From NCBI RefSeq assembly GCF_000143415.4, contig NW_003314282.1:1445374-1509373 (forward strand): 64,000 bases of DNA, in the 5' to 3' direction. Shown piece after piece: positions 10,662 to 20,702 of the stretch (the stretch's first letter is position 1; each line of letters begins with the position of its first letter). Below the pieces are notes generated by a model. It saw only the letters and a list, made by a program, of their open reading frames with translations. It made no database searches and was not told the DNA's origin. Source of the stretch: Selaginella moellendorffii. Lineage: Eukaryota > Plantae > Lycopodiophyta. The translations under genes and the position numbers were made by a program.

Positions 10662-12869
10662 ATGAGAAAGAGGGCTTGTCTCGCGCGGCTATGGAATCTA
10701 TGGTGCTGCGCTGCTTACCGAGATCCAGGATTCACGGCGCTAGGCCCAGCGGAGGTATCTCTCGTGGTTTCGGCGCTGAAGGGCTGCGGCGGCTCCAAGG
10801 AGCTCGAATTGGGTAAGAGGATCCACAGCGATGCTGCTAGGGATGGCTGCTTGGCGGAGGATTCTATCTTCGTGGCAAACAGCGCCATTCACATGTATGG
10901 CAAATGCGGCGCCTTGCTGGACGCGATCGCCGCGTTTGAGAGAATGCCGGTCCACAGTGCCGCGTCTTGGAATTCTCTCATCGTTGGTTACACGGAGAAT
11001 GGTCGCCCCGGGCTCGCGCTGGAGCTCTTCTTTCGGATGGTAGAAGGCGATCGTCTCTCCGGGAGCTCAGAAGGACGGTGTGATGCTCGGACTTTGGTTG
11101 CGGCGGCCATGGCTTGCTCGAGCTTGGCCGTAAGAGAAGAAGAAGCACACCAACATGGCGGTGACAGGATCGTTAAAGATACGAGCCTGGCTTTAGCCGT
11201 GAAAATCGAGAGTTTTGCTCTTCTCGATCACAGAAATACTTTCGTGGCAAACTCTTTGGTGGATATGTTTGCCAAGTGTGGGAGCTTGGTGGACGCTTTT
11301 AGGATCTTCGAGGGGATGGAGCAGCAGTGTAGGGACGTGGTTTCTTGGACGGCTTTGATCATGGGATGTGTAGAGAATGGGAGAAGCGAGCTAGCTTTGG
11401 AGCTTTTCTCTCGGATGCTTGACAGTTCTTCTTGTGCTCGGCCGAATGCTCGAACTTATGTCGCGGTGATCAAGGCCTGTGCAAGCTTGGCAGCCGGAGA
11501 AGATGGCACAAAACTTTCTGGAAAGATAGTCAAAGTCGAGAGTCTGGCAAGAGGAAGAGCAATTCACTCACAGGCAGAGAAAGGTGGCTGGAGCTCCGAC
11601 TTGTACGTTTCCACTGCGCTGCTCGAGCTCTACGCGTTCTGCGGGAGCCTCCGAGATGCCGTGAAGGTTTTCGAGAAGATGGCCGTCCGGGACGTCGTAG
11701 CTTGGAACGCTTTGCTCTTCGGCTACGTTGAGAGTGGAGAGGCCGAGCTCGCTCTCTCGACTTTCTCTCGCATGACGAGCCTTGGCGAAGAACCCGACTC
11801 GCGGTCGTTTGTTGCTGCTCTCATGGCGTGCTCGTCCCTGGCAGCCAACGAAAGAGGCGTCCAAGACTGTTGGAAGCTCGTGAAGCTTGGATGCCTTGAG
11901 AGAGCCATGGCGCTACACTCTCAAGCCAGTAGCACCGGAGCCGAGAAGGATCTCTTCGTCGCCAACACGTTCGTCCACTTGTACGCAAAGTGTGGAAGCA
12001 TGGAGGACTGTCGGAGGGTTTTCCAGGGGATGGAGCAGCACAGCGTCGTCTCGTGGAACTCTCTCATCCTTGGCTACGTCGAGGCGGGCGAGAACTCGCT
12101 GGCTCTGGAAACTTACGTTGAGCTGAGGAGGCAAGGCCGGGTTTTTCCCAATCCCCGGACTTTCGTAGCTGCCTTGATGGCTTGCGGAGCTCTGGCTGCG
12201 TTGTGCTCCGGGAGAAGAATCCACGGCGAGCTCTCCAGGTACGGTTTTGACGAGTTTTACAGCGACGAGTTCGTGGCCAATGTTTTGGTGGATTTCTATG
12301 GCAGATGTGGCTGCTGCGTCGATGCGAAACACATATTTGATGCCTCGAGCAGCAGGAAAGCGAGTCTAGTCGCGTGGAGCTCGCTGATATTGGGATACAG
12401 CCTGCACGGAAACGCGGAGATGGTGTTAGAACTGTTCCAAGCGATGCAAGTCGAGAGAGTGTTACCAGATGGTATGGTTTTCTCGTCGGTTCTTGGAGCT
12501 TGCAGCCACGCAGGGCTGGTCGAGGAAGGGAAGAAGCTCTTCGGGGCGATGAAGTCCAGATATGGAGTGGAGCCTGACGTGGATCACTACGTTTGCCTGG
12601 TGGATCTTGTTGGAAGAGCTGGTTTTGTGGAAGGGGCCATGGCGGTGGTGAGAGCTATGCCGTGTGGTCCAACTCCGTTGGCTTGGATCACCATTCTAGG
12701 TGCCTGTATGAAGTGGAAGAACTTGGAGCTGGGATTGATCGCTTTCAAGTCTCTAGTCGAATCGAGTGATGGGGAAGATGACTTAGCAGCTGCGTGTGTG
12801 TTGATGCAAAACATCTTTGCTTGTATATGTTCTAATGCCGGTGACAGAATTTTACCACCTTGCACTTGA
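10662..12869 (+). CDS. PLS-class pentatricopeptide repeat protein with extended L-type motifs and a degenerate E domain, no DYW
   Basis: Repeated ..N/T.L...Y.KCG....A..VF..M...VVSW..LI.GY...G....AL.LF..M. Terminal LGACSHAGLVEEG..YGVEPDVDHYVCLVDLVGRAG. Confidence 0.93.
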   Translation: MRKRACLARLWNLWCCAAYRDPGFTALGPAEVSLVVSALKGCGGSKELELGKRIHSDAARDGCLAEDSIFVANSAIHMYGKCGALLDAIAAFERMPVHSAASWNSLIVGYTENGRPGLALELFFRMVEGDRLSGSSEGRCDARTLVAAAMACSSLAVREEEAHQHGGDRIVKDTSLALAVKIESFALLDHRNTFVANSLVDMFAKCGSLVDAFRIFEGMEQQCRDVVSWTALIMGCVENGRSELALELFSRMLDSSSCARPNARTYVAVIKACASLAAGEDGTKLSGKIVKVESLARGRAIHSQAEKGGWSSDLYVSTALLELYAFCGSLRDAVKVFEKMAVRDVVAWNALLFGYVESGEAELALSTFSRMTSLGEEPDSRSFVAALMACSSLAANERGVQDCWKLVKLGCLERAMALHSQASSTGAEKDLFVANTFVHLYAKCGSMEDCRRVFQGMEQHSVVSWNSLILGYVEAGENSLALETYVELRRQGRVFPNPRTFVAALMACGALAALCSGRRIHGELSRYGFDEFYSDEFVANVLVDFYGRCGCCVDAKHIFDASSSRKASLVAWSSLILGYSLHGNAEMVLELFQAMQVERVLPDGMVFSSVLGACSHAGLVEEGKKLFGAMKSRYGVEPDVDHYVCLVDLVGRAGFVEGAMAVVRAMPCGPTPLAWITILGACMKWKNLELGLIAFKSLVESSDGEDDLAAACVLMQNIFACICSNAGDRILPPCT

Positions 12870-12908
12870 ATAATCGTGATTTCTTCACCCAAACCTGGAA
12901 AAATTGAG

Positions 12909-12943
12909 ATATATATACACACACACACACACATATATATATA
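12909..12943. repeat. Compound (TA)n/(CA)n microsatellite
   Basis: atatatatacacacacacacacacatatatatata. Confidence 0.85.
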
Positions 12944-13041
12944 TCTGTGTGATTAGTGGAAAATAACTCCTTTTAATTAAGAGCGTATAATGGTTGTTTT
13001 TATAATATAAATAGAGGGGAGTCTCTTCCTTTTTCGCAGCG

Positions 13042-14626
13042 ATGGCACCTAGTTTAGCCTTAATAGGGGTTGGAAATTTTGCACAGAAGCAGTATTTCCC
13101 TCTCTTCTCCACCAAGCTTACAGATGTAGTCTCACTCAAGGCGCTGTGGAGTCGCTCACAGGTACTAGGCTGTTTTTCCCAGGATCCTTGCATGCTAAAT
13201 CTCTCATTTTTCTAGGAATCTGCGGAGCGATCAGTGTCCTTGATCAAGGATTGTGTTCCAGGAGTTCAAGCAAAGTGGGGTCAACAAGGCCTAGATGACA
13301 TTCTCAATGATGATACCATCCTTGGAGTAGCGATTGTTCTTCAGCCACAAGTGCAGGTATATGCAATTGCCTGTAATAATATCAGACAGAACTTCTAACC
13401 ATTTATTTTGATGTTAGGGAGAGTTTGTGATGCAGGCACTCAAGGCAGGGAAACATGTTATTCAAGGTACAAGCTTACCATGTTTATTGTGATCTGGCTA
13501 ACGCATGAAGCTACAGAAAAGCCTATAGCTCCAAGTACTCAACAAGCTCAGAGTTTGACAAGTTTCTATGAAAGTTTGGGCACCATGAGACCTGTGTGGG
13601 CAATAGCTGAAAACTACAGATTTGAGCGAGCACTTGTGGAGGTAATTAATATTGCTCAGAAAACTAAAATATATTCTAAGAATTTTTTGTTTTCACAGGC
13701 TCACAAGTTGGTCAAGGACATAGGACACATGGTGGCGGTGGAAGTAACGGTTGAAAGTCCAATGAACATCTCACGGCCATCATTTTCAAGCATTTGGCGA
13801 AGAGAGCTCAAGGTAAATGGTATAATTAATCTATTACGGTGGTTGGATAAAAATTATAGGGTGGATATGTTTTGGATGGAGCTGTTCACCAAATTGCAGG
13901 GCTTCGAGTGGTAATATTTGCATTTTGTTTTTTTAAAAAAAGAGAAACAAACCCGTTCTTACGTTCATATTTTTTTTGTTTCAGATCACTGGTTCCGAAG
14001 TAAAATCTGTTTCAGCAATCTGCCGCCATGTAGATGAAGCATTACCTCCTCCAGACAATGTGTCTGCTTTGTTGTAAGTTTTCTTATTCTTTTGAATTGT
14101 TTTGGCTACTAAATCGAAGACTTACGTTTGCAGTGAGCTGGAAAACGGGTGTGCCGGGACTTTGATGATTTCGTTTTCCTGTACAACTAAGAAGGTATGT
14201 TCTGTTTTGCTCAGAGAATTTTATGGATGATGAACCTTGGAAATTTAGATGAGCTGGAAAATTGTTGGAACAAAAGGTACAGTTGAAGTCGATCAAGATA
14301 CTCAAGATGGTCAGCCAGGCTTTATGGTGAGCGATATTCAAATCCAAATTCTCCATCGAATGCTAATTTAATTTAATACAGGTGTCGCATGCTACTTCAG
14401 TGGGTAAAAACTCATCTTTTTATCCTTGCTGTGGAGTTGAGGAAGAATTGAGATCATTCATTCACGACCTTTCACAGGTATTATTAGTACCATTGAAATT
14501 ATATATACTGAATAATTTATGCAGGGAGGAGAAGCTGATAAGCGCAGTAGTCCTGGAGAAGCTTTTATTGATGTTGCTGTCATTGAAGCCATCCTCAACT
14601 CAAATGGCAATGTCATTCATGTTTGA
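13042..14626 (+). CDS. Gfo/Idh/MocA family NAD(P)-dependent oxidoreductase, ~11 short exons (only fragments appear in the ORF track)
   Basis: Spliced translation MAPSLALIGVGNFAQKQY..KALWSRSQ|ESA..KWGQQGLDDILND..|..ALKAGKHVIQ|EKP..WAIAENYRFE..|..SSIWRR..|GGYVLDGAVHQIAGLR|..LPPPDN..|ELENGCAG..|..GTKGTVE..|..GVEEELRSF..|..DVAVIEAILNS..*. It has a Rossmann GxG, the EKP motif and LDxxxH. GT-AG boundaries were followed by eye. Confidence 0.9.
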
Positions 14627-14789
14627 TGAGCTTATAAAATTATCATAATTCTTTTACATGAGTTCTCTATAGCTGTTCATATTTTCCAAATAGTGTGAGC
14701 TTCAGATTGGTGGAGATGTTGAAGATGAGTAAACAATGTTAGTATTTCCAAAGAAGAGTAACAAAAAAGATACATAGTGCCTCGTTGCA

Positions 14790-16706
14790 TTACTGGATGT
14801 TCACGAATTGCCGCTGCTTGAGGGTGTTGGATAGAAGAACGTAGGAAGAAGCACTCGCAGCAGTAGACTTGTTTTCCTCCACGCTCCCAAGGGCTTGTAA
14901 ACTAGTAGTGGTATCTCCGCGGCTTCCACAAGCTCGGAGAAAGGCCGTGCGCTCGCACTCGTCCGGCACGTAAGGCATACTGTCGATGAGCTCCTCCACA
15001 CTTTCCACATATCCCGCCCGTCCCAGCAGATCAAGCATACAGCAGTAGTGTTGCTTGGCCGGTTTCAAGCCATAGTCCCTGGCCATGGACTGGAAAAGCT
15101 GCCATCCAGTGTAAACTTCCCCGAGGTGGCAGCACGCAACCAGGATGCACACGAAAGATATCTCGTCCCCTGCGTCACCACTCAGCGCAATCGTGTAGAA
15201 CATCTCCATGGCACCACTGGAGCTTTCCCCGCTGCTCGCACAGGCCGCCAGGACCGCGTTCCACGACACCGTGTTCCGCTGCTCCGGAATCCCTTCAAAC
15301 ACCTCTCGAGCTTTCCCCGGATGCCCGTTCCGAGCATAAGCCGCCAGCATCGCGTTCCACGAGGAGAGATTCCTGTCCGTCATCGCGCTGAAAACTTGCT
15401 TGGCTTCTTCAAGCTGACCGTTCTTCTCGTAGGCCGAGACCATGGCTGTCCAGCTACAGACGTTTCTCACTCCCATGGCGTCGAAAACCTGCTTGGCTTC
15501 CCGGACGTGACCATTCTGCGCGTAGGCCGAGAGCATGGCTGTCCAGGAAACGACGTTCCGCTCCTTCATGAGATCGAAGACGTGTCTCGCGTTCTCGAGC
15601 TCGCCAGCTTCCGAGTAAGCACTCAGCATCGCCGTACAGGACACCAAGTTCCACTCGCGCATGCTGTCGAAGAGTTTCTTGGCCGACTGTATCTCCCCGT
15701 TCTCAGCGAATGCACACAGCATGGTGTTCCACGAGACCACGTCTCGCTGCGGCATTCTGTCAAACACCATCTTGGCCTCTTGGAGCTCGCTGCCGCGGGA
15801 GAGTGCCGAGAGCATCGCGTTCCACGAGACCAAATTGCGGACCCGCATAGCGTCGAAAACTCTTCGAGCTTCTTCTATATCCCCGCGCTGAGCATACCCG
15901 GACAGCATCACGTTCCACGATATCATGTTTCGTTCTTGCATCCGATCAAACACCTGCCTTGCACCCTCCAAGTCGTTCTCGTGAGCATAAGCCACCAGCA
16001 TTGCGTTCCAGGACACCAAGTCGAGCTCTGGCATCGTGGAAAACAAAGTCCGGGCCTCGTGAAAACGGCTGTTCTCTGCGTATGCAGTCAGCATAGTAGT
16101 GAAGGAAACCAAGTCTCGCTCTGGCATTCTGTCGAAGTATTTCTTCGCGTCTTCTACGTGGCCTTTCTCAGCATGAGCAGTAACCATTGTCGTCCATGAA
16201 ACCACATCCCTCTCTGGAGCAATCTGAAACAGCAGCTTCGCCTCGACCAAGTGTCCTTTCCTGGCATAGCCAGCGAGCATAGCGTTCCAGGTCACCAAGT
16301 TCCTCTCTTTCATGTCGTCAAACACTCGCTTTGCCTCGTCAGTTTGCCCGCTCCGGGCATAAGCGACCAGCATTGTAGTGCAAGCCACCGAGTTCCGCTG
16401 TGGCATTCCTTGGAACAGTGCTCTGGCCTCCTCCAGATGTCCATTGCGGGCATAAGCAGAGAGCATAGAGACCCATGAGATGATGTCCTTGTCGCAGATG
16501 CCATCGAACACCGAGCGTGCATGTAACAGATCCCCGCACTTCGCATAAGTCTGTAGAAGAATGTTGGAGAGCTGAATGTCTTTGCTGGGAGAATATATGG
16601 CACCTGTTGTGGAGCACCTTATCACTTTTAGTTGATCCACTGACATAATTGAGCTTCCCTCAGCATGATCAATGTGGTCGCCCCTGGCGCGTTTTGTGCA
16701 AAACAC
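14790..16706 (-). CDS. PPR protein built almost entirely of tandem 31-aa short (SS-type) motifs; true start uncertain
   Basis: About 14 consecutive repeats of the form RN.VSW.AML.AYA..G....A..VFD.M.E. C-terminal ACCHLG..DYGLKPAKQHYCCMLDLLGRAG and a degenerate E domain. Confidence 0.93.
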   Translation of the reverse strand: MFCTKRARGDHIDHAEGSSIMSVDQLKVIRCSTTGAIYSPSKDIQLSNILLQTYAKCGDLLHARSVFDGICDKDIISWVSMLSAYARNGHLEEARALFQGMPQRNSVACTTMLVAYARSGQTDEAKRVFDDMKERNLVTWNAMLAGYARKGHLVEAKLLFQIAPERDVVSWTTMVTAHAEKGHVEDAKKYFDRMPERDLVSFTTMLTAYAENSRFHEARTLFSTMPELDLVSWNAMLVAYAHENDLEGARQVFDRMQERNMISWNVMLSGYAQRGDIEEARRVFDAMRVRNLVSWNAMLSALSRGSELQEAKMVFDRMPQRDVVSWNTMLCAFAENGEIQSAKKLFDSMREWNLVSCTAMLSAYSEAGELENARHVFDLMKERNVVSWTAMLSAYAQNGHVREAKQVFDAMGVRNVCSWTAMVSAYEKNGQLEEAKQVFSAMTDRNLSSWNAMLAAYARNGHPGKAREVFEGIPEQRNTVSWNAVLAACASSGESSSGAMEMFYTIALSGDAGDEISFVCILVACCHLGEVYTGWQLFQSMARDYGLKPAKQHYCCMLDLLGRAGYVESVEELIDSMPYVPDECERTAFLRACGSRGDTTTSLQALGSVEENKSTAASASSYVLLSNTLKQRQFVNIQ

Positions 16707-17399
16707 AAGTGAGCATTAGCTAAAGTGACAAAACTTGTTTACCTTTGGTAGTGCGCGACGACATAATGCTTACGTAAAGTAATATCAGAAGCACTACGGG
16801 CATTGCAGGCTGCTGCAACAACAACAACAGCTATTTCAAGTCATGAGGACCCACGAAGAGCAAACCGCGCTGTAAAGTTGTGGTATGGCTGCCGCTCACA
16901 CTGGGAGTGATACCGACAGAAAGCCATGGCTCACGTTTTGACATGTGAAACCTGCGGCTATTCAATTCTGGGGCATTCTCGGTGGACTTGCGTGTCGGGC
17001 ACTGACCACAGAGCTATAATTCTCAGCGTTAGAAAAAAGAAGTGCATCGAGAATAACAGACCTCTTACAGAAAAGTCCAAACACTCCGCTCTGCTCACAC
17101 TGGGAAAGACGTGCCCGTGATCGTTTAAACCATGTCTTGTGAAGAGCACTAGCCACTAAAATACGTTTCGGCAACTGTAAGCTGGCAGGGACAGAATCCT
17201 TTACGAGTAAAATAAGAGCCTGAAAACCACACACAAACACAAACGCGATAAGGCGGCGATTCAATGATGCGGAAAGCGTTAGAACAGTCAAAAAGTGTAG
17301 ACCAAAGATCCATGAGCATCGAGCACATACCTCCCTCTTTCTCGGTGTTGTTGGTGTATTTAACTGCTTGATACAGGTGCCGAAGTACTGAAAGCTTGA

Positions 17400-19247
17400 G
17401 TGAAGAGTATGGCGTCCAGTGCTGCTGAGGATGATCGCCACTACCAGCTGCTAGTCATTGTGTTGATGATAACATTCCTCCCACTGTCGTTACGTGGAGC
17501 AGCAGCAGCAGGATCATGCCGGTGCCTCCCGTCGCAGGAATGCTGGCCAGACGCCAAGACGTGGGAGAGTTTCAATGCGTCGGTCGGAGGAGCACTGATA
17601 GCAGCAAAGCCGCTGGGCTTCCCTTGCCATGATCCTTACTTCGACGAGAATGCTTGCAAGCTCGTCACCGAGAACTCGGGTGACCCCTTCTGGAGATCCG
17701 ACCAGCCCAGCGCGTTGCAAGTCCCCAACATGGAGATGGATGGAGACAAAGGCTGCCTGCTGCGGGGCGACAGAGCCTCGGAATGTTTGCAAGGTGCCGT
17801 ACCAATGTATGTTGTCGATGTGTCCACAGTGTCTCAAGTCCAAAAGGCAGTCTCGTTCGCGTCGCAGCACAATCTTCGACTCGTCATCAAGAACAGCGGC
17901 CACGACATGACGGGAAAGAACACGGCCCCGGGGTCTCTCAGCATCTGGGTCCATCACCTCAAGGATATCACTTTCTCGGACAAATCCCACGGGCTCGCCG
18001 AGTATGAAGTCGAAGCGCCGGAAGCTCAAGATCCTTGGGTCACCTTCAGGACCCCCAGGTCTCAGAGCTGCCAAACCGGTAAGAACACCCCTTCTGTGAA
18101 AGTCGGAGCCGGTGTCCAGTGGGAGGAGGTCTACACCGCGGCGCATAAGAACAAGAGGACCGTCGTAGGAGCTCAATGTGTTTCAGTCGGAGCTGCCGGT
18201 GGGTATCCTCAAGGAGGTGGCCACAGCCAGCTCTCTCCATCCTTTGGTCTCGCAGCAGACAACGTTTTGGAGTACGACGTCGTCACAGCCGATGGGAAAC
18301 TGGTGGTGGCAAACTCTTGCCAGAACAAGGAGCTCTTCTGGGCGCTTCGAGGAGGAGGCGGAGGTACTTTCGGTGTTGTCACAGCGGTCACTTATGTTGC
18401 ACACCCGGCACTCACGAACCTCGTCTTCGCGTCGTATATCATCACCACAGGTCCCAACAGCACTTCTTCCGCCTTCAAGGATCTGCTTGCCAAAGTCATC
18501 AGCTTAAACCCGTCCATGGCCGACGCAGGATGGGGAGGCTTCTTCATCGCTGCCGGCAAGACTCTGATAGCCCAGTATCTTCTCCCCAACAAGGACATGG
18601 CCTTTGCAGAGAAGTCGCTCCAGCCCCTGCTTGCATATGTTGAAGGCTGGAAGAACGAGCTCGTCGTCGTCAGTGGTAAGATCAAGGAGTTCTCCTCGTA
18701 CTACGAATGGCACCTCGAGAACCAGTGCACAAACGGTAAATGCGGCTTCCCGTCTGGTTTCTCTCAGTTTGAAGCATCCAGGCTGATCCCTCGCACCCTT
18801 GCTGAAAAATCACCTTACAAGCTCGCGGAAGCACTGGTTTCACTCGGAGAGATGGGCTTCCAGCGGATCTCGGGATATCTCGTCGGTGGAGGCAAAGTTT
18901 CCAAAGCCCAGGACAACGCCGTCAACCCTGCCTGGCGAAACGCCCTCTTGCATGTCCTCTACGTGAGGCCTTTCGCCGAGAACAGCACCATGGAGACCAA
19001 GTCGAGCATGGCGTCGGAGATGAGCAGCGGTTACAAAATGCTGACCGACTTGACCCCTGGCTCCGGAAGCTACATGAACGAGGCCAACAGGAACGAGCCC
19101 TCTTGGCAGCAATCCTTCTTCGGCAGCAACTACGACGCCCTCAAGAAAATTAAGGACAAAGTCGATCCCAGCGGACTTTTCGTGTGTTACCATTGTGTTG
19201 GAAGCGAGGACTGGAGCCCCGACCTCAATTGCCGAGTGAGCAGATGA
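17400..19247 (+). CDS. Secreted FAD-linked oxidoreductase (VAO/PCMH, BBE-like; fungal isoamyl-alcohol-oxidase type); probable ATG at 17409
   Basis: Signal peptide, then CRCLP...CWP. FAD-attachment LVIKNSGHD..G...APGSLSIW.HHLK, GAQCVSVGAAGGY.QGGGHS and LFWALRGGGGGTFGVV. BBE C-terminus YMNEA..WQQSFFGSNY..L..IK..VDP.GLF.C..CVGSEDW. Intronless. Confidence 0.93.
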   Translation: MKSMASSAAEDDRHYQLLVIVLMITFLPLSLRGAAAAGSCRCLPSQECWPDAKTWESFNASVGGALIAAKPLGFPCHDPYFDENACKLVTENSGDPFWRSDQPSALQVPNMEMDGDKGCLLRGDRASECLQGAVPMYVVDVSTVSQVQKAVSFASQHNLRLVIKNSGHDMTGKNTAPGSLSIWVHHLKDITFSDKSHGLAEYEVEAPEAQDPWVTFRTPRSQSCQTGKNTPSVKVGAGVQWEEVYTAAHKNKRTVVGAQCVSVGAAGGYPQGGGHSQLSPSFGLAADNVLEYDVVTADGKLVVANSCQNKELFWALRGGGGGTFGVVTAVTYVAHPALTNLVFASYIITTGPNSTSSAFKDLLAKVISLNPSMADAGWGGFFIAAGKTLIAQYLLPNKDMAFAEKSLQPLLAYVEGWKNELVVVSGKIKEFSSYYEWHLENQCTNGKCGFPSGFSQFEASRLIPRTLAEKSPYKLAEALVSLGEMGFQRISGYLVGGGKVSKAQDNAVNPAWRNALLHVLYVRPFAENSTMETKSSMASEMSSGYKMLTDLTPGSGSYMNEANRNEPSWQQSFFGSNYDALKKIKDKVDPSGLFVCYHCVGSEDWSPDLNCRVSR

Positions 19248-19716
19248 TAGGCCTCGCCTGGAAAGAAGCAAGCAAGCATTTGGTTAGAGAAAAAAAGAAA
19301 GAGATCTATCTATATTTTGTAGAATGTGTCAGGAACACATGAAGTGAAGCAAAAGTCTCATGAATACAAGACGAAAAAAATGTAAGAAAAACCAAAGAAA
19401 AAAATCTCACACATTCCGATCAAACTCGTCGATCTCGTGCATCATGAAATAGAAATAGACATGAAAACGATCAAAATTTCCTTGAATGCACAGAGCTTTG
19501 CAGCAAAAAGATCCATCGAACAAGACTGCGATCGAAATCGGTGCTATTGATCGAAGTACCTGATTAACAACCGCGATTCCTCTCACAAATGCGAGCGCGA
19601 TCGCGACTCGACCGCTCAGCTCGCGCCAGAGCGCCATCTCTGCTCCATCGATCGAAATACCCTAGCCCTAGAAACAAACGGCTATATCCATTTTTCTTTT
19701 AAAATTCTCTACTGTA

Positions 19717-20514
19717 CTAGATCTTTATAACAGGCTCGTCGAGGCGCTGGACGACCGACACGCCGCCTCGATTCCCTCTCGTGATCCTGATCTCCTCGTC
19801 CAGGTAGAGGTAATCCAGCCATCCCTTGGCCGCCGGGAGAGTGGCATCCACCGATCCATCCTCCTCGCTGATGCTCGCATTGTCGCGCCGGAAGAAATCG
19901 ATCCACGCCCCCAAATCCCTGGAGAACCTGGGCTTCATCGTCGACGAGAGGAAGAGCACATCCATCCTCTTGGGCGCGGAGATGCTAAACCTCGCGCGAT
20001 TCACGAGCATTCCCTCGAGATCGTCGCGGCCCGCGACCCGGAACTGGATGATGAGCGAGTAGTCGTCCTCGCCCGTGAATCCGACGTGATTGTACGTGGT
20101 GCCCAGCACGATCTCCAGGCTCGTCGGCTTGTAAACGTTGAAGGTCGCCCGCCCCAGCGTGACCACCGCGCCGGAGAAGCCCACCTCCTTCTGGACCTCG
20201 CCCTTCCTCCCGGAGTTCTTGAACGAGGCGCGCAATCCCTGGAAGCACCCGCGGTAGAGGTGCGGCACCTGGGAGAGATCCACCAGGGGGCTCAGCGCCT
20301 CCAGCGACGAGATCAATCGCAGCGACTCCTCGTCTAGATTCCCCTTGCTATCGTCCAGCCGCTCCGCCAGAGCGTCCTTGAGCGCTCTTCGCTGCTGGCG
20401 CTGCTCCTCCTCGGTGGCCAGGGATCCCGCGACCGGACTGGAAGAGCACAGACCTCGTACCGATCGCGCCCGCCCCGGCAACAAGATCGATGCCGAGTTG
20501 ATTGCCACCGCCAT
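19717..20514 (-). CDS. PAP/fibrillin-family plastid lipid-associated protein
   Basis: Ser/Arg-rich transit peptide from ATG 20514 (MAVAINSAS...), LISSLEALSP, and C-terminal GWLDYLYLDEEIRITRGNRGGV. Intronless. Confidence 0.8.
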   Translation of the reverse strand: MAVAINSASILLPGRARSVRGLCSSSPVAGSLATEEEQRQQRRALKDALAERLDDSKGNLDEESLRLISSLEALSPLVDLSQVPHLYRGCFQGLRASFKNSGRKGEVQKEVGFSGAVVTLGRATFNVYKPTSLEIVLGTTYNHVGFTGEDDYSLIIQFRVAGRDDLEGMLVNRARFSISAPKRMDVLFLSSTMKPRFSRDLGAWIDFFRRDNASISEEDGSVDATLPAAKGWLDYLYLDEEIRITRGNRGGVSVVQRLDEPVIKI

Positions 20515-20702
20515 AGCCAAACATTCAAGATAGCAGGAATATTCAAAAGCATATTCTTGGGTCAAAGGTCAAAATAGTTAAAGTCGGTCTTGGTCAAAGT
20601 CAATGGCTCGGATATTCTGTTAGATGCCCCCACCACCTTTGCTTATTGCAAAACAAAACCACACACTCACACTTAGACTACTACACGCAAAACTCAGTGT
20701 TC

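Noticed and set aside
15250-16500. Regular 93-bp periodicity resembling a CRISPR-like or satellite array
   Set aside because: It is fully explained by tandem 31-aa PPR motifs in an open frame.
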